64,000 nt of DNA from Methanotrichaceae archaeon (GTDB taxonomy: Archaea > Halobacteriota > Methanosarcinia > Methanotrichales > Methanotrichaceae): assembly GCA_963803145.1 (NCBI GenBank), contig CAWDLW010000012.1, positions 64,001 through 128,000 of the forward strand, in the 5' to 3' direction. The notes below the pieces were generated by a model. The model saw nothing but the letters and a program-made list of their open reading frames with translations. It was not told the origin of the DNA and searched no databases. Position 1 is the first letter of the stretch; the number at the start of each line of letters is the position of its first letter. Made by a program: the position numbers and the translations under genes. Shown here piece by piece: positions 20,962-31,920 of the stretch.

Positions 20962-23900
20962 TCAGGGAATATCATATCCTTCATCGCTTCCCGATGTGGA
21001 TATGCAGGGGCAGCTTGCCTGCGAAGGCGAGATTTCTTCCTCTTCCGCACCCGTACAGTTATAGCAAGGAAGCCATTCATCTCCAGAGTCCTGTAGAATG
21101 CTGTTGAGGCCGAAAAATCCCGGAGGCTGCCAGCTTGAACTGATGGTAGGATGATCTCCTTTGATCTCCTCCTGACATGATACATCTGCGGACGCAAAAT
21201 CAGTCCCGTCAAAGGAGTGAGTCTCTACATGAGCCTGGTTTTCAAATATTCCGCTGTGCAATGCCCTGGCCAGATATTCAATAGTCCTGACTTCACCGGG
21301 CTTTATGTCAATGATATTCCATGTTACCTGATCTGAAAGATTATCTGCAGGCGTAAGCGTTGAGTTGACGAACTCCATCCCTTCAGGCAACGTATCAGTT
21401 ATAGATGCCACCATTGTATATCCTTCACGGTTTTTCAGAGTGATGTTATAATGAACCAACATGGGGCCCTTAGCATCCACATAGCCGGTTTCTCTCGCCA
21501 GTATCTGAGGCGGGCAGCAGCTCAACCAGTTAAGCTCTATCGCAGAACTGTTTTCTGCGCCGATCCACTGATTATCATAACCACCTTTAGCCTGCACACG
21601 GTTTACCAGATTATCCATATCATGAGTCATGTTGAGTCTCAGCTCGATCTTGGAACTCACTCCGGTGCCAAGGCTTGTAAGAGTCCACTGAGCAGAGTTT
21701 GGTGTAAGCTGCGATGGCCTCAATGAAGAGTATACATATGCAGTGCCCGGCGGGAAGTAGTCCCAAACGTAAACCGGTCCTAGGGCGCGGTTGCCGTTGT
21801 TGGTCACAGTGATGATGTAATGAACATTGGTGCCGCCTGCCGGATCCATATTGCCTGTCTTGGAGATGTCGAGATGGGGTTCATCAAATTGTACAACTCC
21901 GCCTATAACTGTTTTTCGTGAGATCCTGTACTTTCCGATATATTCATCGTAAAGGGCCACTTCATCTTTGCTGCGGTTTGAGCCAGAGATCTTTATGACG
22001 TTGAATTGAGCTATGCCGGAGAAATTGGCCTCAGTGTCCATTTCGCTCAAGCCTTTAGCAGCTGTGCTCATGTTTAGGTAATCTGCATGAGAAATCTCCT
22101 CGCTTATTAGGCTGGCAGAGTATGAGCTATTCGAGCCCTTTGCGGCCAATGAGCCTGACTTAGACCACATTCCCTCGCTCCATCTCTTAGAGAGAGTGAC
22201 ATTAACATCAGGCACATAAGCGTATTTTACAGGCGCGTAGGTGACATTTATGTCCTTTGCCATATAGTTGGTTTGTGTTTCCAGACTATCTTCAATTTGA
22301 TAGGCACCTGTTCCTGATTCGTAGCTCTGCTGGCTCTTGCCGATGCGGCTTTCTGCAGCCACCGATCCTATGCCGGATGCGGAGCTTTCTAGGACCGCAT
22401 TCTTGCCGTATTCATCGAACTTGGTGTAAACTCTGAAGCTTCCCAGATAGTCGCCATGTGACTCGTAAGTAGGAGCATCCTTTGGTCTGGACGTCTCACC
22501 ACCGCCGGCCTTCTTGAGTAGATCTATGTGGGCTGCTCCTTCGAAGGATGTATCGGAGACCAATGTTGAGCCGTTTTTATCCAGATCAAGAGAGCTGTTG
22601 CGGTCTAATAGGCTAGCATACATATACCGCTCGCTGAGGATAGCCCCAGTTATGCGATTATTGGCGTTCTGGGCTTCAGACCACTTGGAGTTGTAACTAA
22701 TGGATCGTCCCTGAGGCAGACTGAATGATGAAGGGTTATATCTCTCAGATAAGCTGTTTCCGATTTGAATGCTCTTGTTCTTTGCGATCATCTGCATTTT
22801 TTCATCTCTTCTGTATGCTCCGCTGCCATGGCCTGTGATGGAGGCTTCAGTTCCCAAACCTTCAGCAAGCTGTATGGTCGCAGAGCTGGATTTGGTTTCG
22901 GCATCCCATTGATTGGGATTAGTCAAGTTATAGTAATAACCAGTTATGTTGACGCAATTTGTCAAATGATCGGGTTTCTGAGCAGTGTCCAGCTTCTGAT
23001 GGACATTTACAAATCCTTGGCCGTGGACAGATCCGCTGCAGTCGAATGTAATCTGGGAAATATTTTCCTTTATCTCGGCATAAAGATAAATTGTGCGGCT
23101 ATCTCCATCACGAATTGTTCCAATGTTCCATAATAGGATATTGCCATTTACATTAGTAGGCGAAGGATCGGCACCTAAGTATTCCATATCGTCCGGAAGA
23201 ACATCGGTGATAGCGGCATTGTAGGCATTGCCACGAACGTCATGCTCGCTTCCATAGAATATGGTATAATTAACAATATCTCCATCTGAGTATACCTGTT
23301 TCTCCGCTTTTTTCTTTACCCACAGCGAATGAACTACAAAGGTCTCAAGAGAATTGAAGCTGCCTTTGATTTCATTTGAATCAATCCTGTAAAAATTGTA
23401 CACACTATCCAAATCCAAAGATGTCGGCCCAGAGGGCAATGTTACTTTAAGCTCTATTATCCCCTTGCTGCCATGCGTAAAATTTTTTGTGTTAAGATCC
23501 ACTGCACTCCACCAGAGATGTTTTCCATCAACCTCAGTCCAGTTCTTGCTAGGCTTGGGAGTAGAATCTATGAAGTTGAGGTTCTTATCAATAATATCCG
23601 TTACTGTAACATTGCTTGCATTGCTTGCCCCCTTGTTGTAGTAGTTGATGGTATAGTTTAGATGGTTCCATGGAGTTATTATTGGAGCCGAGGCAAACTT
23701 TTCAATCGAAAGTATTGGTGGTTTGCTCGAAACTGTGGTGGTAGCAGTAGCATTTGCGGGTAATCCGTCATCACTGGATATCGCTGCCGAGCTTGAAAGC
23801 GTAGAGCCATCAAGCGCATCAGCCTTGACAGTCGTATTTATCTTGATCAAGCCAGATTTATTCTTGCCCAGATCTCCTAGTGTCCAGCGATTATTTGTGT

Positions 23901-24999
23901 CTGCATCCGGTGCGAGTGTGGCGGAAATAAACGAGATGTTCTTATCGTAATTTGCCTCGACAACTGCGTTGAAGGCATAGCCGCCTCTATTCAGATAGCT
24001 CATTGTATAGTTCAGATAACCCCCAGGGCTCACTGGATCAGGGCTACCTGCCAGCGAGATCCTTAGATCGGGAGGCTTGGAAATAATGGATATGCTGCAT
24101 TCGGCAGACTTAGAATATGTTCTCTTCCCCGGGTTATCTCTCGAGGTGCTATACCAGCCAAGATTGGCAAGGCTGGTGAGTTGGCTACCAGATCGCACAT
24201 TCTCATCGATGGTTGCTTTATACCTTAACTGAACTTGATGTGTACTTCCCCAGGATGTGTCTATGCGGTCGAAGTGCCAGCTCAGCGATCGAAGATTGGA
24301 TTCGTCCTCTATACCGCTCGGGCCGCTGACGATTTGCATCGATCCTGGAGAGTAAGTCAATCCCTTTGGCACACTTACTTGGACATCAGCATCAAGGGCA
24401 TCTGAACTGCTGTCTGCACTGTGGTAGATCGAGATGGTATGGACAACTTCCGTGCCTGGCTCGGCTATTTTTGAGGAAGCAAATAATTTAACATCAAGGT
24501 CCGGCTCTATCACTCTTATCAAATCTGATCTATCGGTGTTGGAGTACGTAATGCCGAGGAGATCCTTCCAGGTGGCTCTAGCCTGGACGGCTCCAAGGGC
24601 TACCCCTTCGTAATTACCTTCAACATTTGCGACTATCAGGTTGAAGCTAATTGTGATATCCTTACTCAAGGAGTTATCCACATCGCCAAAGGCCCATTCA
24701 ACCTGCACATTTTGAGTGCCATCGTTGGGATAGCTTACCCACTGTAAGGGAGAAGTTGAAGCACCAGTCACTTTTAAGTCACTGCCGTCATAAATCAGTC
24801 CTTTGGGCATAACAAGGGTAACCCTCAGATCATAGATAGTTGTTTGAGGCAGATCTAAAGTTACAGTATATTGGCGCCGAAGATCAGGAATAACTTGGGG
24901 GCCGGCATGTGCCGGGGGAAGCGAGAGAAGGGGCAGGATAAGAGCTAAGAGAAGCAGAATGAAGATGGTTTTTCGCCCTCTTTGTACTGTAACTACCAT
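20962..24999 (-). CDS. Large secreted DUF11-repeat (Ig-like, isopeptide-type) surface protein
   Basis: Signal peptide; repeated YTIxxxNxG...VTDxLP modules; C-terminal Cys cluster. Confidence 0.75.
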   Translation of the reverse strand: MVVTVQRGRKTIFILLLLALILPLLSLPPAHAGPQVIPDLRRQYTVTLDLPQTTIYDLRVTLVMPKGLIYDGSDLKVTGASTSPLQWVSYPNDGTQNVQVEWAFGDVDNSLSKDITISFNLIVANVEGNYEGVALGAVQARATWKDLLGITYSNTDRSDLIRVIEPDLDVKLFASSKIAEPGTEVVHTISIYHSADSSSDALDADVQVSVPKGLTYSPGSMQIVSGPSGIEDESNLRSLSWHFDRIDTSWGSTHQVQLRYKATIDENVRSGSQLTSLANLGWYSTSRDNPGKRTYSKSAECSISIISKPPDLRISLAGSPDPVSPGGYLNYTMSYLNRGGYAFNAVVEANYDKNISFISATLAPDADTNNRWTLGDLGKNKSGLIKINTTVKADALDGSTLSSSAAISSDDGLPANATATTTVSSKPPILSIEKFASAPIITPWNHLNYTINYYNKGASNASNVTVTDIIDKNLNFIDSTPKPSKNWTEVDGKHLWWSAVDLNTKNFTHGSKGIIELKVTLPSGPTSLDLDSVYNFYRIDSNEIKGSFNSLETFVVHSLWVKKKAEKQVYSDGDIVNYTIFYGSEHDVRGNAYNAAITDVLPDDMEYLGADPSPTNVNGNILLWNIGTIRDGDSRTIYLYAEIKENISQITFDCSGSVHGQGFVNVHQKLDTAQKPDHLTNCVNITGYYYNLTNPNQWDAETKSSSATIQLAEGLGTEASITGHGSGAYRRDEKMQMIAKNKSIQIGNSLSERYNPSSFSLPQGRSISYNSKWSEAQNANNRITGAILSERYMYASLLDRNSSLDLDKNGSTLVSDTSFEGAAHIDLLKKAGGGETSRPKDAPTYESHGDYLGSFRVYTKFDEYGKNAVLESSASGIGSVAAESRIGKSQQSYESGTGAYQIEDSLETQTNYMAKDINVTYAPVKYAYVPDVNVTLSKRWSEGMWSKSGSLAAKGSNSSYSASLISEEISHADYLNMSTAAKGLSEMDTEANFSGIAQFNVIKISGSNRSKDEVALYDEYIGKYRISRKTVIGGVVQFDEPHLDISKTGNMDPAGGTNVHYIITVTNNGNRALGPVYVWDYFPPGTAYVYSSLRPSQLTPNSAQWTLTSLGTGVSSKIELRLNMTHDMDNLVNRVQAKGGYDNQWIGAENSSAIELNWLSCCPPQILARETGYVDAKGPMLVHYNITLKNREGYTMVASITDTLPEGMEFVNSTLTPADNLSDQVTWNIIDIKPGEVRTIEYLARALHSGIFENQAHVETHSFDGTDFASADVSCQEEIKGDHPTISSSWQPPGFFGLNSILQDSGDEWLPCYNCTGAEEEEISPSQASCPCISTSGSDEGYDIP

Positions 25000-25462
25000 A
25001 CATGGTATCGTATAGTTGACCCCTTGGCTGGATATTGGTTATTCTCTCGCCTATATTTCGGAAATAGATGAAGACTAAGGCACTATGATGAATAATCGCC
25101 CTTCAGTAGATCCCTCCTTTTCATCACCCTCCTTATATAATGGCCAAATGCAATAGGCTTAAAAGGAATAATGACCTCAGTGCTAAGCTATAAGGCTTGC
25201 CCTTATAGAGATAGCCAATTTCACATTATGCTTATTTTACATAACATGGGCTTCAATCCCTTAAAGATCAGTACTATAAATTCGAATTATTTGCTTTTAT
25301 ATCTTTTTTTGTATTACTTCTATTCAATAGATCTTTGATAGACCCTCATTTAAGTATTCACATTAATCAAAATATGGTATATAGAATTTAGCCGAAAAGG
25401 TGATGGAATAATCAAAAGTTCACGAAAAAGTTGCAAATTAGCCTGCTGTCAATTTGTACAAC

Positions 25463-26014
25463 TTATGGCTTCGGTGAGCCCACAAAGGCAACGACCTTGC
25501 GATAGATGGCACCGTCCGGCAGGGGCAGATCCTCGGAGGTAACCTCCTGAATAAAGGTCACCTGTATATCGATTCCGTTGTTGCCTGTCCTATTGCCCAA
25601 AGTGATCGGCTGATCGTTGGGAAGGACGGTTTCCTTATCAGCAATTATCTTCATGGGCTTGGAAAGCCTCTTTGCACCATATCCATCTTTAGTCCATTCC
25701 ATCATGTAGCCTTTAGAATAAGAATCTTCATCCTTAACTGTGAGCTGCCAGTCTGTGTTGGCCTTGATGTTAAGTTTCTCTGTTTTGGTATAGATGCCCG
25801 GAGATTTCGGGCTGATATTCCAAGAGAGTGCATCATCGGACGCAGAAACTGCGACCCTGGGTTTAATCTGGGCATAAATAGTTGTAGTGCAGTCTGATTT
25901 CATAGCGGCAGTGTCACCCAATAAACACACCACTAATAATAGCCCCAATGCCAGGTTATAGGGTCTGCCTTTACTTAACGAACCAGCCGTTCTTCGATAC
26001 GTAGCCTTATTCAC
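25463..26014 (-). CDS. Secreted small beta-rich protein, putative pilin/WxL-like subunit
   Basis: Signal peptide; LNIKANTDWQLTV and QEVxxxDxxLPxGxxYRxxVxF shared with 26264-26842 and 28182-28712. Confidence 0.55.
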   Translation of the reverse strand: MNKATYRRTAGSLSKGRPYNLALGLLLVVCLLGDTAAMKSDCTTTIYAQIKPRVAVSASDDALSWNISPKSPGIYTKTEKLNIKANTDWQLTVKDEDSYSKGYMMEWTKDGYGAKRLSKPMKIIADKETVLPNDQPITLGNRTGNNGIDIQVTFIQEVTSEDLPLPDGAIYRKVVAFVGSPKP

Positions 26015-26263
26015 TCCTAGCGAAGTTGACCCCTATCCAAAGTCAGGACGGTCAAAGTCGGATTCGTAATAAGAATTGATAGTACAATCTATACTTATAA
26101 TTTTCTAAGAGCTTAGTATATCTAGTAGGCTGAAATGCAGATCTGAAACTGATATCACAAATTATTGAGGAATCTTCTCTGTTTTAAGTAAATTATTTTA
26201 GGATCATCGAATCTATATTGAGCGGAAAAATAATTATAGACTTAATTCAGCCTCCTTCTTCGG

Positions 26264-26842
26264 CTAACTATACGAGCCGGTGAAGGTGACTATAATACGA
26301 TAAACATGGCCAGCCGGAAGGGCAGGATCTATGAAGGATCCCTCCTGGGTGAAGACAACATCTATATCTTGGCCATTGCCTTTTGTCTTATCACCAGTCT
26401 GAATTACCCCCTCGCTTGGGAGGGGGACCTCATTGGCCGCTTTTACCTTCATGGGGTTGGTCAACCTATAAGAGCTGTAAGCAGATCCTGTCCATTCGGT
26501 CATATGGCCGGAGGTAACTGTATCACTATCCATAGCCGTGACCTGCCATCCATCTTTGTTGGCCTTAATATTGAGGGTGCCCGTTTCCTGGTTGGTCTCA
26601 TCAGGGACGATCTGCCATTCTGAAATATCGAGTGGAGGAGTGATGGAGATTTGTGCTCCCTGTGGGGCGCTAACTAAAAGGTCTAACTGGCCTTCAAGGG
26701 ATTGACCAGGAACAGCTGCTATATCGCCAGTTACCGGCAGGAAGGCAATGAAGCAGATCAACGAACACGGCAAGAGCAATGCTAGGCGGTTTTTGAGCGG
26801 CCTCATGATCAGGATAAGCAAGGAGGTGCGATTTATGCTCAT
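26264..26842 (-). CDS. Secreted small beta-rich protein, putative pilin/WxL-like subunit (paralog)
   Basis: LNIKANKDGWQVT, GHMTEWTG, DPALPAGHVYRIIVTF; clear paralog of 25463-26014. Confidence 0.55.
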   Translation of the reverse strand: MSINRTSLLILIMRPLKNRLALLLPCSLICFIAFLPVTGDIAAVPGQSLEGQLDLLVSAPQGAQISITPPLDISEWQIVPDETNQETGTLNIKANKDGWQVTAMDSDTVTSGHMTEWTGSAYSSYRLTNPMKVKAANEVPLPSEGVIQTGDKTKGNGQDIDVVFTQEGSFIDPALPAGHVYRIIVTFTGSYS

Positions 26843-26916
26843 ACTATTACTCCTTCACAGAAGCTTTTGCATTATTTATGCCCTTGATAGTTCAAGGCTA
26901 TAGAAAGCTATAGATT

Positions 26917-27726
26917 TCACAATTTAAAGCCGATCTCCTTTGTAGCCAGCATCGATCCATCTTTAAGCCTTACAGTCGAGTTTATTTTGTAGCTGCCAGG
27001 CCGGAGCTCTTGCTTCGGGATCAGTTCCATCTTAAACAGCCTGGCTGTCCTCGGGATTATCGAAGAGGCAGTAAGAGGAGTTGATGAATTGGCGAGGATA
27101 TTGCCCTTTGCATCCATAAGATCAGCCTCAGCAAATGCATAGTAATGATAGTTGCCAGTGTTGTTGAAGAGCAGTGAGACATTTTGCATTTTCCTTGAAA
27201 TAGGCTTATCAATGCTAAGGTTTGTGATCTCGCCCGTTTTGATAAGCCTAGTATTCGCAATTGTGAGTCGAACAGGAACATCTATTGCAACTGCCATGCC
27301 GACGTTTCCATTGCCTGTTGGAAGACTTCGGATGTTGACCAGGGCGTATCTGCCACCTTCTCCAACACCCGATGGGATATTTCCTTCAAGCACAACTTCT
27401 TTGGAGCCGCCTGGTTCGAGATGAAAGCTCGCTGGCGAGACCTTCAAGAATGGCCTGGCAGTATAAGGACTGTTATCCAGCTCCGGCCTGATTTCAGCGT
27501 TTGCCCCATCTAGAGATCGCCCAAATCCGATTACTCCGGCTACAAAGTCCATCGGCTGATCTTTGGGGTCGATATTTACGAGCATTTCGTGACTGATATG
27601 CTGCCCCGGCGTAACATTGGCCTCGAAGATTGCGCCGGAGACTCCAAGACCTGCGGAGGCGGTTCCGATGGCTAAGAGAATGGAAAGAAGGATTCCTATA
27701 AGGCCGAGAGGTTTGGTCTTTATCAT
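26917..27726 (-). CDS. Secreted two-Ig-domain chaperone-like protein (DUF916/PapD-like)
   Basis: Signal peptide; VSPASFHLEPGGSKEV, GGRYALV, NTGNYH; paralog of 28937-29752. Confidence 0.55.
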   Translation of the reverse strand: MIKTKPLGLIGILLSILLAIGTASAGLGVSGAIFEANVTPGQHISHEMLVNIDPKDQPMDFVAGVIGFGRSLDGANAEIRPELDNSPYTARPFLKVSPASFHLEPGGSKEVVLEGNIPSGVGEGGRYALVNIRSLPTGNGNVGMAVAIDVPVRLTIANTRLIKTGEITNLSIDKPISRKMQNVSLLFNNTGNYHYYAFAEADLMDAKGNILANSSTPLTASSIIPRTARLFKMELIPKQELRPGSYKINSTVRLKDGSMLATKEIGFKL

Positions 27727-28181
27727 CTTTATTTGCGCCCCATTTTATATTTCACTTTGTCCTATTCGAAATCCATTGAAGGCAATTTTTCATAGATCGA
27801 TCATCGATAAAGAATGTTATGTTCGCGAAACTGTAAATGAAGATTTATATTTGGATAAAAATTTTATATTTAATATCATTTTAGATATATACAACTTTGA
27901 GTCTATTTGTAGCACAATAATTTTCATATATGTCGAAATTTAAGGTCACTCATTAATATGCATGTAAAAAGACGTATCTTATAAATTCGTATTCGAGATA
28001 TGAATTTGCAATTTTTATATTTGATTCTAATAGTGATTTCTTGCAACTATTAATACGGATCTTAATATGATAATAAACTATCTCAAGTAAGAAAATGAGA
28101 TCTGTGAAACCTCCTAAAATCACGTAAAAGTTAGTGAACACGAGGGGAGACACAAAAAAGAACTTGAGGAGGATTAAAATA

Positions 28182-28712
28182 ATGAATAGAATGAAAATTT
28201 GGTTGGGAGTCCTTGTAGCCTTTATAGCTCTTGGCGGTATGGCAATGGCATCAGATCACGGCACGACCCAAGTAGATGCAAGCATTGGCGCTTATCTTGA
28301 AGTATCGGCTCCTAGTGAGGTAACATCTTGGGATCTTCTCCCAGGCACTGCAACTGAGCATCCGGCGGAAAATCAAAAAACGATAACTCCTACTGTTACT
28401 AGCAACGAGAATTGGCAGCTGTCCGTCAAATCAGCCACAAATATCCCAAATCCTACGGGTGGCAATTATGATTGGAAAGGCAAGTTCTGGAGCCCCACAG
28501 TGCAATTTATGACAAATCCATTGACAATCACATCTCCAGTAGACCCAAGCGGGCAACCTCTTAGCGACGATAATCCATTGACTGTTGACAGCAATGGTAT
28601 CCCGGGACCTAATGCTCAAGTCTCTGTAGGTCTAGCGCAAGATGTTGCTTATACCGATCCTATCGCAGGCGACTACCTGATTGTCCTCGAATTCGATGCT
28701 GCCTCCCGTTAA
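28182..28712 (+). CDS. Secreted putative major pilin-like subunit
   Basis: Strong GAGGAGG RBS; signal peptide then GTTQVDASI strand; SNENWQLSV; QDVAYTDPIAGDYLIVLEF; downstream GCCCT...AGGGC hairpin and T-tract. Confidence 0.55.
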   Translation: MNRMKIWLGVLVAFIALGGMAMASDHGTTQVDASIGAYLEVSAPSEVTSWDLLPGTATEHPAENQKTITPTVTSNENWQLSVKSATNIPNPTGGNYDWKGKFWSPTVQFMTNPLTITSPVDPSGQPLSDDNPLTVDSNGIPGPNAQVSVGLAQDVAYTDPIAGDYLIVLEFDAASR

Positions 28713-28936
28713 GAATGTATGCCCTTGATCGCGCCCGAGCATGCGCATAGGGCTTAACTCAATTTTTTATATAACAGAGGATTTCAAATAAGCTCTTCCC
28801 AAAGATTATCTTCTGATTAGATTCGCAATCATCCGGTGAGCCACTTATCGCTCATCAGTTGATTGGTCAAGTTAGTAAAATATATGTAAAGGAGCAGTTG
28901 ATTGACAACCACCAATGCAATAAGGAGAAACCAAAC

Positions 28937-29752
28937 ATGATAAGATCCGAGACAGCGATAATTTCAGTGACCCTGGTTCTTCTTCTCCTAACTGCTGGCG
29001 TTGCTTCAGCCGGCCTAGGAGTAATTGGAGCTATGCTTGATAAAAATATCACTCCAGGGGATCAATTCACTCATGTAATGCAAGTAAGATTAGGTCCTTC
29101 AGATAGTCCCGTTAACGTCTCAGCAGATATCTTTGGATTTGGACAGGGCGATGATGGCTCGATGAGGGAGATAAATGCATCACAGGATTCAAGTCCCTAT
29201 ACAGCTACGCCCTTCCTTAAGATATCTCCTAAGAGTTTCCATCTTGACTCAGGAGGCTCTCAGCAGGTCATATTAGATGTTGAAATCCCAAAGGATCTTT
29301 CGGGATCCGGAGGAAGATACGCTCTAGTAAAGATTCACACCCTTCCAACTGGAAAGGGAATGATTGGATTTAGCAGCGGAATCTATGTTCCAATAAGGCT
29401 CACAATCAATGGATCAGAGATTCTCAACAAAGGTGAGATCGAGAGCATCAATCTAGAAAAATCACTGGATCAAAAGAAGCAGGTCCTGTCTCTCTTGATA
29501 AAGAACACAGGAAATCACCATTATTATCCTGTACTGAATGCAGTAGTGAAGGACAAAGAAGGCCATATAGTCGCTAACACTTCAGTTCCTCGTAGTATTG
29601 CCCTTCTTCCCACCTACTCTAGGCTCTTTAAGTCTCTCTTAAATCCAGATACGTCTTTGAAGCCTGGAACATACAACGTGACTGCAACAGTTAGCATGGA
29701 CGATGGCACAGTTCTAGCCAATAAGGAAACCTCTATTGAAGTTAAGTCCTAG
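28937..29752 (+). CDS. Secreted two-Ig-domain chaperone-like protein (DUF916/PapD-like), paralog
   Basis: AGGAG RBS; AGLGV, SPYTATPFLKISPKSFHL, GGRYALV, NTGNHH. Confidence 0.55.
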   Translation: MIRSETAIISVTLVLLLLTAGVASAGLGVIGAMLDKNITPGDQFTHVMQVRLGPSDSPVNVSADIFGFGQGDDGSMREINASQDSSPYTATPFLKISPKSFHLDSGGSQQVILDVEIPKDLSGSGGRYALVKIHTLPTGKGMIGFSSGIYVPIRLTINGSEILNKGEIESINLEKSLDQKKQVLSLLIKNTGNHHYYPVLNAVVKDKEGHIVANTSVPRSIALLPTYSRLFKSLLNPDTSLKPGTYNVTATVSMDDGTVLANKETSIEVKS

Positions 29753-29793
29753 TAACTGAGACCAAATTGGAAGGAGCAATCTCTTTTCCTTCC

Positions 29794-29906
29794 TATTACT
29801 TCTGAATCGTAGAGAGTCACGAGTACTCCGACCTTCAGGTCGGGGATGACGTGAACCCTCGCACGTTTTTTCTGCTCTTATAAATCGATAAAACATTACA
29901 TCTTTT
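29794..29906 (+). repeat. Module A copy 1: IS200/IS605-like left-end hairpin
   Basis: TATTAC, 16 nt, GTCACG, then hairpin CTCCGACC-TTCA-GGTCGGGG; related copies start at 30895 and 35497. Confidence 0.7.
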
Positions 29907-30091
29907 GTATGTGTTTAGCTGTCCCAGAATCGATTGATAGATGCTGGTTTCAGTTCCTAACGGAACAATATATATTAACCTGTATTTAACTAAGATCGAT
30001 ATCAGCGGCGTCTTTGCCCTCGAAACGACCTCTAGCAATTAGCAGCATGAGAAGTCGTAAAAATGGGCCATGGATACTGATTATGGTGAGC

Positions 30092-30350
30092 TAAAACATT
30101 ACATCTTTTAATGAGGATGTTCTTGGCACTTAAACCACAGGTGGTGCCACCCACCTATGGCCAGGATGTGATAAGCGTTGGAATAGCGCAGTTTTAGCCA
30201 TGGCCATGGGCGAGATCCCTAACTAGCCTGAGTATCGAGGGATGATCCGCGGGTCGGATGGAACCACCAGATACAAGCGCCGCAGCCGCTCTTCCCTGGA
30301 CCGGCACTCGTTGAGGGCACAAAAGGCCATCCCAAAAAGATACCACGGCT
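30092..30350 (+). repeat. Module B copy 1 (degenerate tnpA 5' end plus conserved 3' segment)
   Basis: Shares CCTATGGCCAGGATGTGATA, GCAGTTTTAGCCATGG, GATACAAGCGCCGCAGCCGCTC with other copies; abuts stop codon of 30351-30863. Confidence 0.8.
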
Positions 30351-30863
30351 TCACTGCATCCCCAACTGCGCCTTTATGGCCTGAACATCCTGCTGCAATT
30401 GCTTTAGTTGCAGAGCAAAGCTTGGCTGATCCTCTCTGATCCCCCTGACCTCTTCCAGGATCTGTTCGGTGTTCTTAGCCATCGATGGGATCATGTCGGT
30501 GTTATCTTTTATCTTATCGGTGTTATCTTTGATCGCCTGGAGAATAGGAACAGCTTTATTCATCTGGCCATATGCATTCATGGCAGCAGTCTGCCAAAGA
30601 GGCATAACATCGCCCGCATAGTCTTCAGATGTTATATTACTAACTTCGGCAAGCTGAGGCTTATTTTTCTTAACAGTGTTAAGGAAGCTCTTGATTCTCT
30701 GATCATCGGCCTCAATCAGGGCTATAACGGTCTGTTGACCCATTTCCTCGTCGTTATAGACATCCAAGCCCCTAAGGGACTTACTTATGGCAAGCTCAAC
30801 TAACCAGGGTCTATAGCCTACATCATGGACTTTAGGGCCAGTTATCCTGATCTTCAGCTTCAT
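30351..30863 (-). CDS. Acylphosphatase-like domain plus C-terminal coiled coil
   Basis: GPKVHDVGYR motif; IKDNTDK IKDNTDM heptads; ends DVQAIKAQLGM. Confidence 0.75.
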   Translation of the reverse strand: MKLKIRITGPKVHDVGYRPWLVELAISKSLRGLDVYNDEEMGQQTVIALIEADDQRIKSFLNTVKKNKPQLAEVSNITSEDYAGDVMPLWQTAAMNAYGQMNKAVPILQAIKDNTDKIKDNTDMIPSMAKNTEQILEEVRGIREDQPSFALQLKQLQQDVQAIKAQLGMQ

Positions 30864-30894
30864 CTTATCTCTTTTATCATGCAGTACCTGTATT

Positions 30895-31255
30895 TATTAC
30901 ATTGGGAGCGCAGAAGGTCACGAATACTCCGACATTTAGGTCTGGGATGAAGTGAACCCTCGCAGGTTTTTTCTGTTCTTATGAATCGATGAAACATACA
31001 TCGTTAAATTGGTTTGTTATTAGCACCTAAACTACATGCTGTGCCACTCACCTATAGCCAGGATGTGATAAGCGCTGGAACCAGTGCAGTTTTAGCCATG
31101 GTTATGGTCGAGATCTCTGACCAGCCTGAGTATCGGGAGATGATCCGCGGGTCGGATCGAATCATCGGATACAAACGCCGCAGCCGCTCATTCCTAAGCT
31201 CGACCCGGCACTCGAGGATGGCTCGAAAGGCCGTCACGAGGAATGACTACTCGCT
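30895..31255 (+). repeat. Full repeat unit (module A + B) copy 2
   Basis: Colinear similarity to 35497-35851 and to 29794-29906/30092-30350. Confidence 0.8.
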
Positions 31256-31447
31256 TCAGATATTGCCAGAGCAGAATTCGCTTAGATTCTCATCGATGAT
31301 GCCGAGAGCCCCACCTCATGATCATCCGCATACTTCATCTTCGCAATCTCACGCTCAAATGTCATCGCTGCCGCAATATGAGTCCAGCGAGGATGCAGAT
31401 GTGTCTTTTTCGCAACCTTTATAGCTTAACAGCGATGATTTCATACT

Positions 31448-31621
31448 ATGGCCGGAGCAAAAGGTCAGGCAACAACTCAGGACGCCAATGAGACGGCATT
31501 GAACGAGTTCGAAGCTGGTCTAGCCAGAAGCATTAGGCAGTACAAGGCAGGTTTAGTCAAGACTTTCAAGACCAAAGAAGAGTTTTTGGACCACCTGAAG
31601 GACCTTGAGAAAGATGCATGA
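31448..31621 (+). CDS. Small antitoxin (57 aa, RelB/DinJ-like C-terminus); not in ORF track
   Basis: MAGAKGQ...KTFKTKEEFLDHLKDLEKDA; ATGA overlap with the RelE-like toxin. Confidence 0.65.
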   Translation: MAGAKGQATTQDANETALNEFEAGLARSIRQYKAGLVKTFKTKEEFLDHLKDLEKDA

Positions 31622-31914
31622 ATTATGATTCTACACCGGAGTTTGATGAGCAATTTTTGAAACTTACCCAGAAGAATAAAGCCCTGGAGAAGAGACTTCT
31701 TAAGAAAATCGGCCAGATTCTTGATAATCCTTCAATCGGCACTCCAAAGCGTCATCAGCTCAGGCATACTCGCGGCTCCCATGTAGATCCTTATGTAATA
31801 ATCTACGTGGTCAAAGGCGATGTAATCACATTTCTATATGTAGATCATCACGATTTTGTCTACGAAAAAGCTTCGAAGGTCATGGAGAGATGGGAAAGGG
31901 AGATTGAGGATTAA
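31618..31914 (+). CDS. RelE/ParE-family toxin
   Basis: TPEFDEQF...ILDNPSIG...RGSHVDPYVIIY...YVDHHDFVY. Confidence 0.8.
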   Translation: MNYDSTPEFDEQFLKLTQKNKALEKRLLKKIGQILDNPSIGTPKRHQLRHTRGSHVDPYVIIYVVKGDVITFLYVDHHDFVYEKASKVMERWEREIED

Positions 31915-31920
31915 ATCTCC

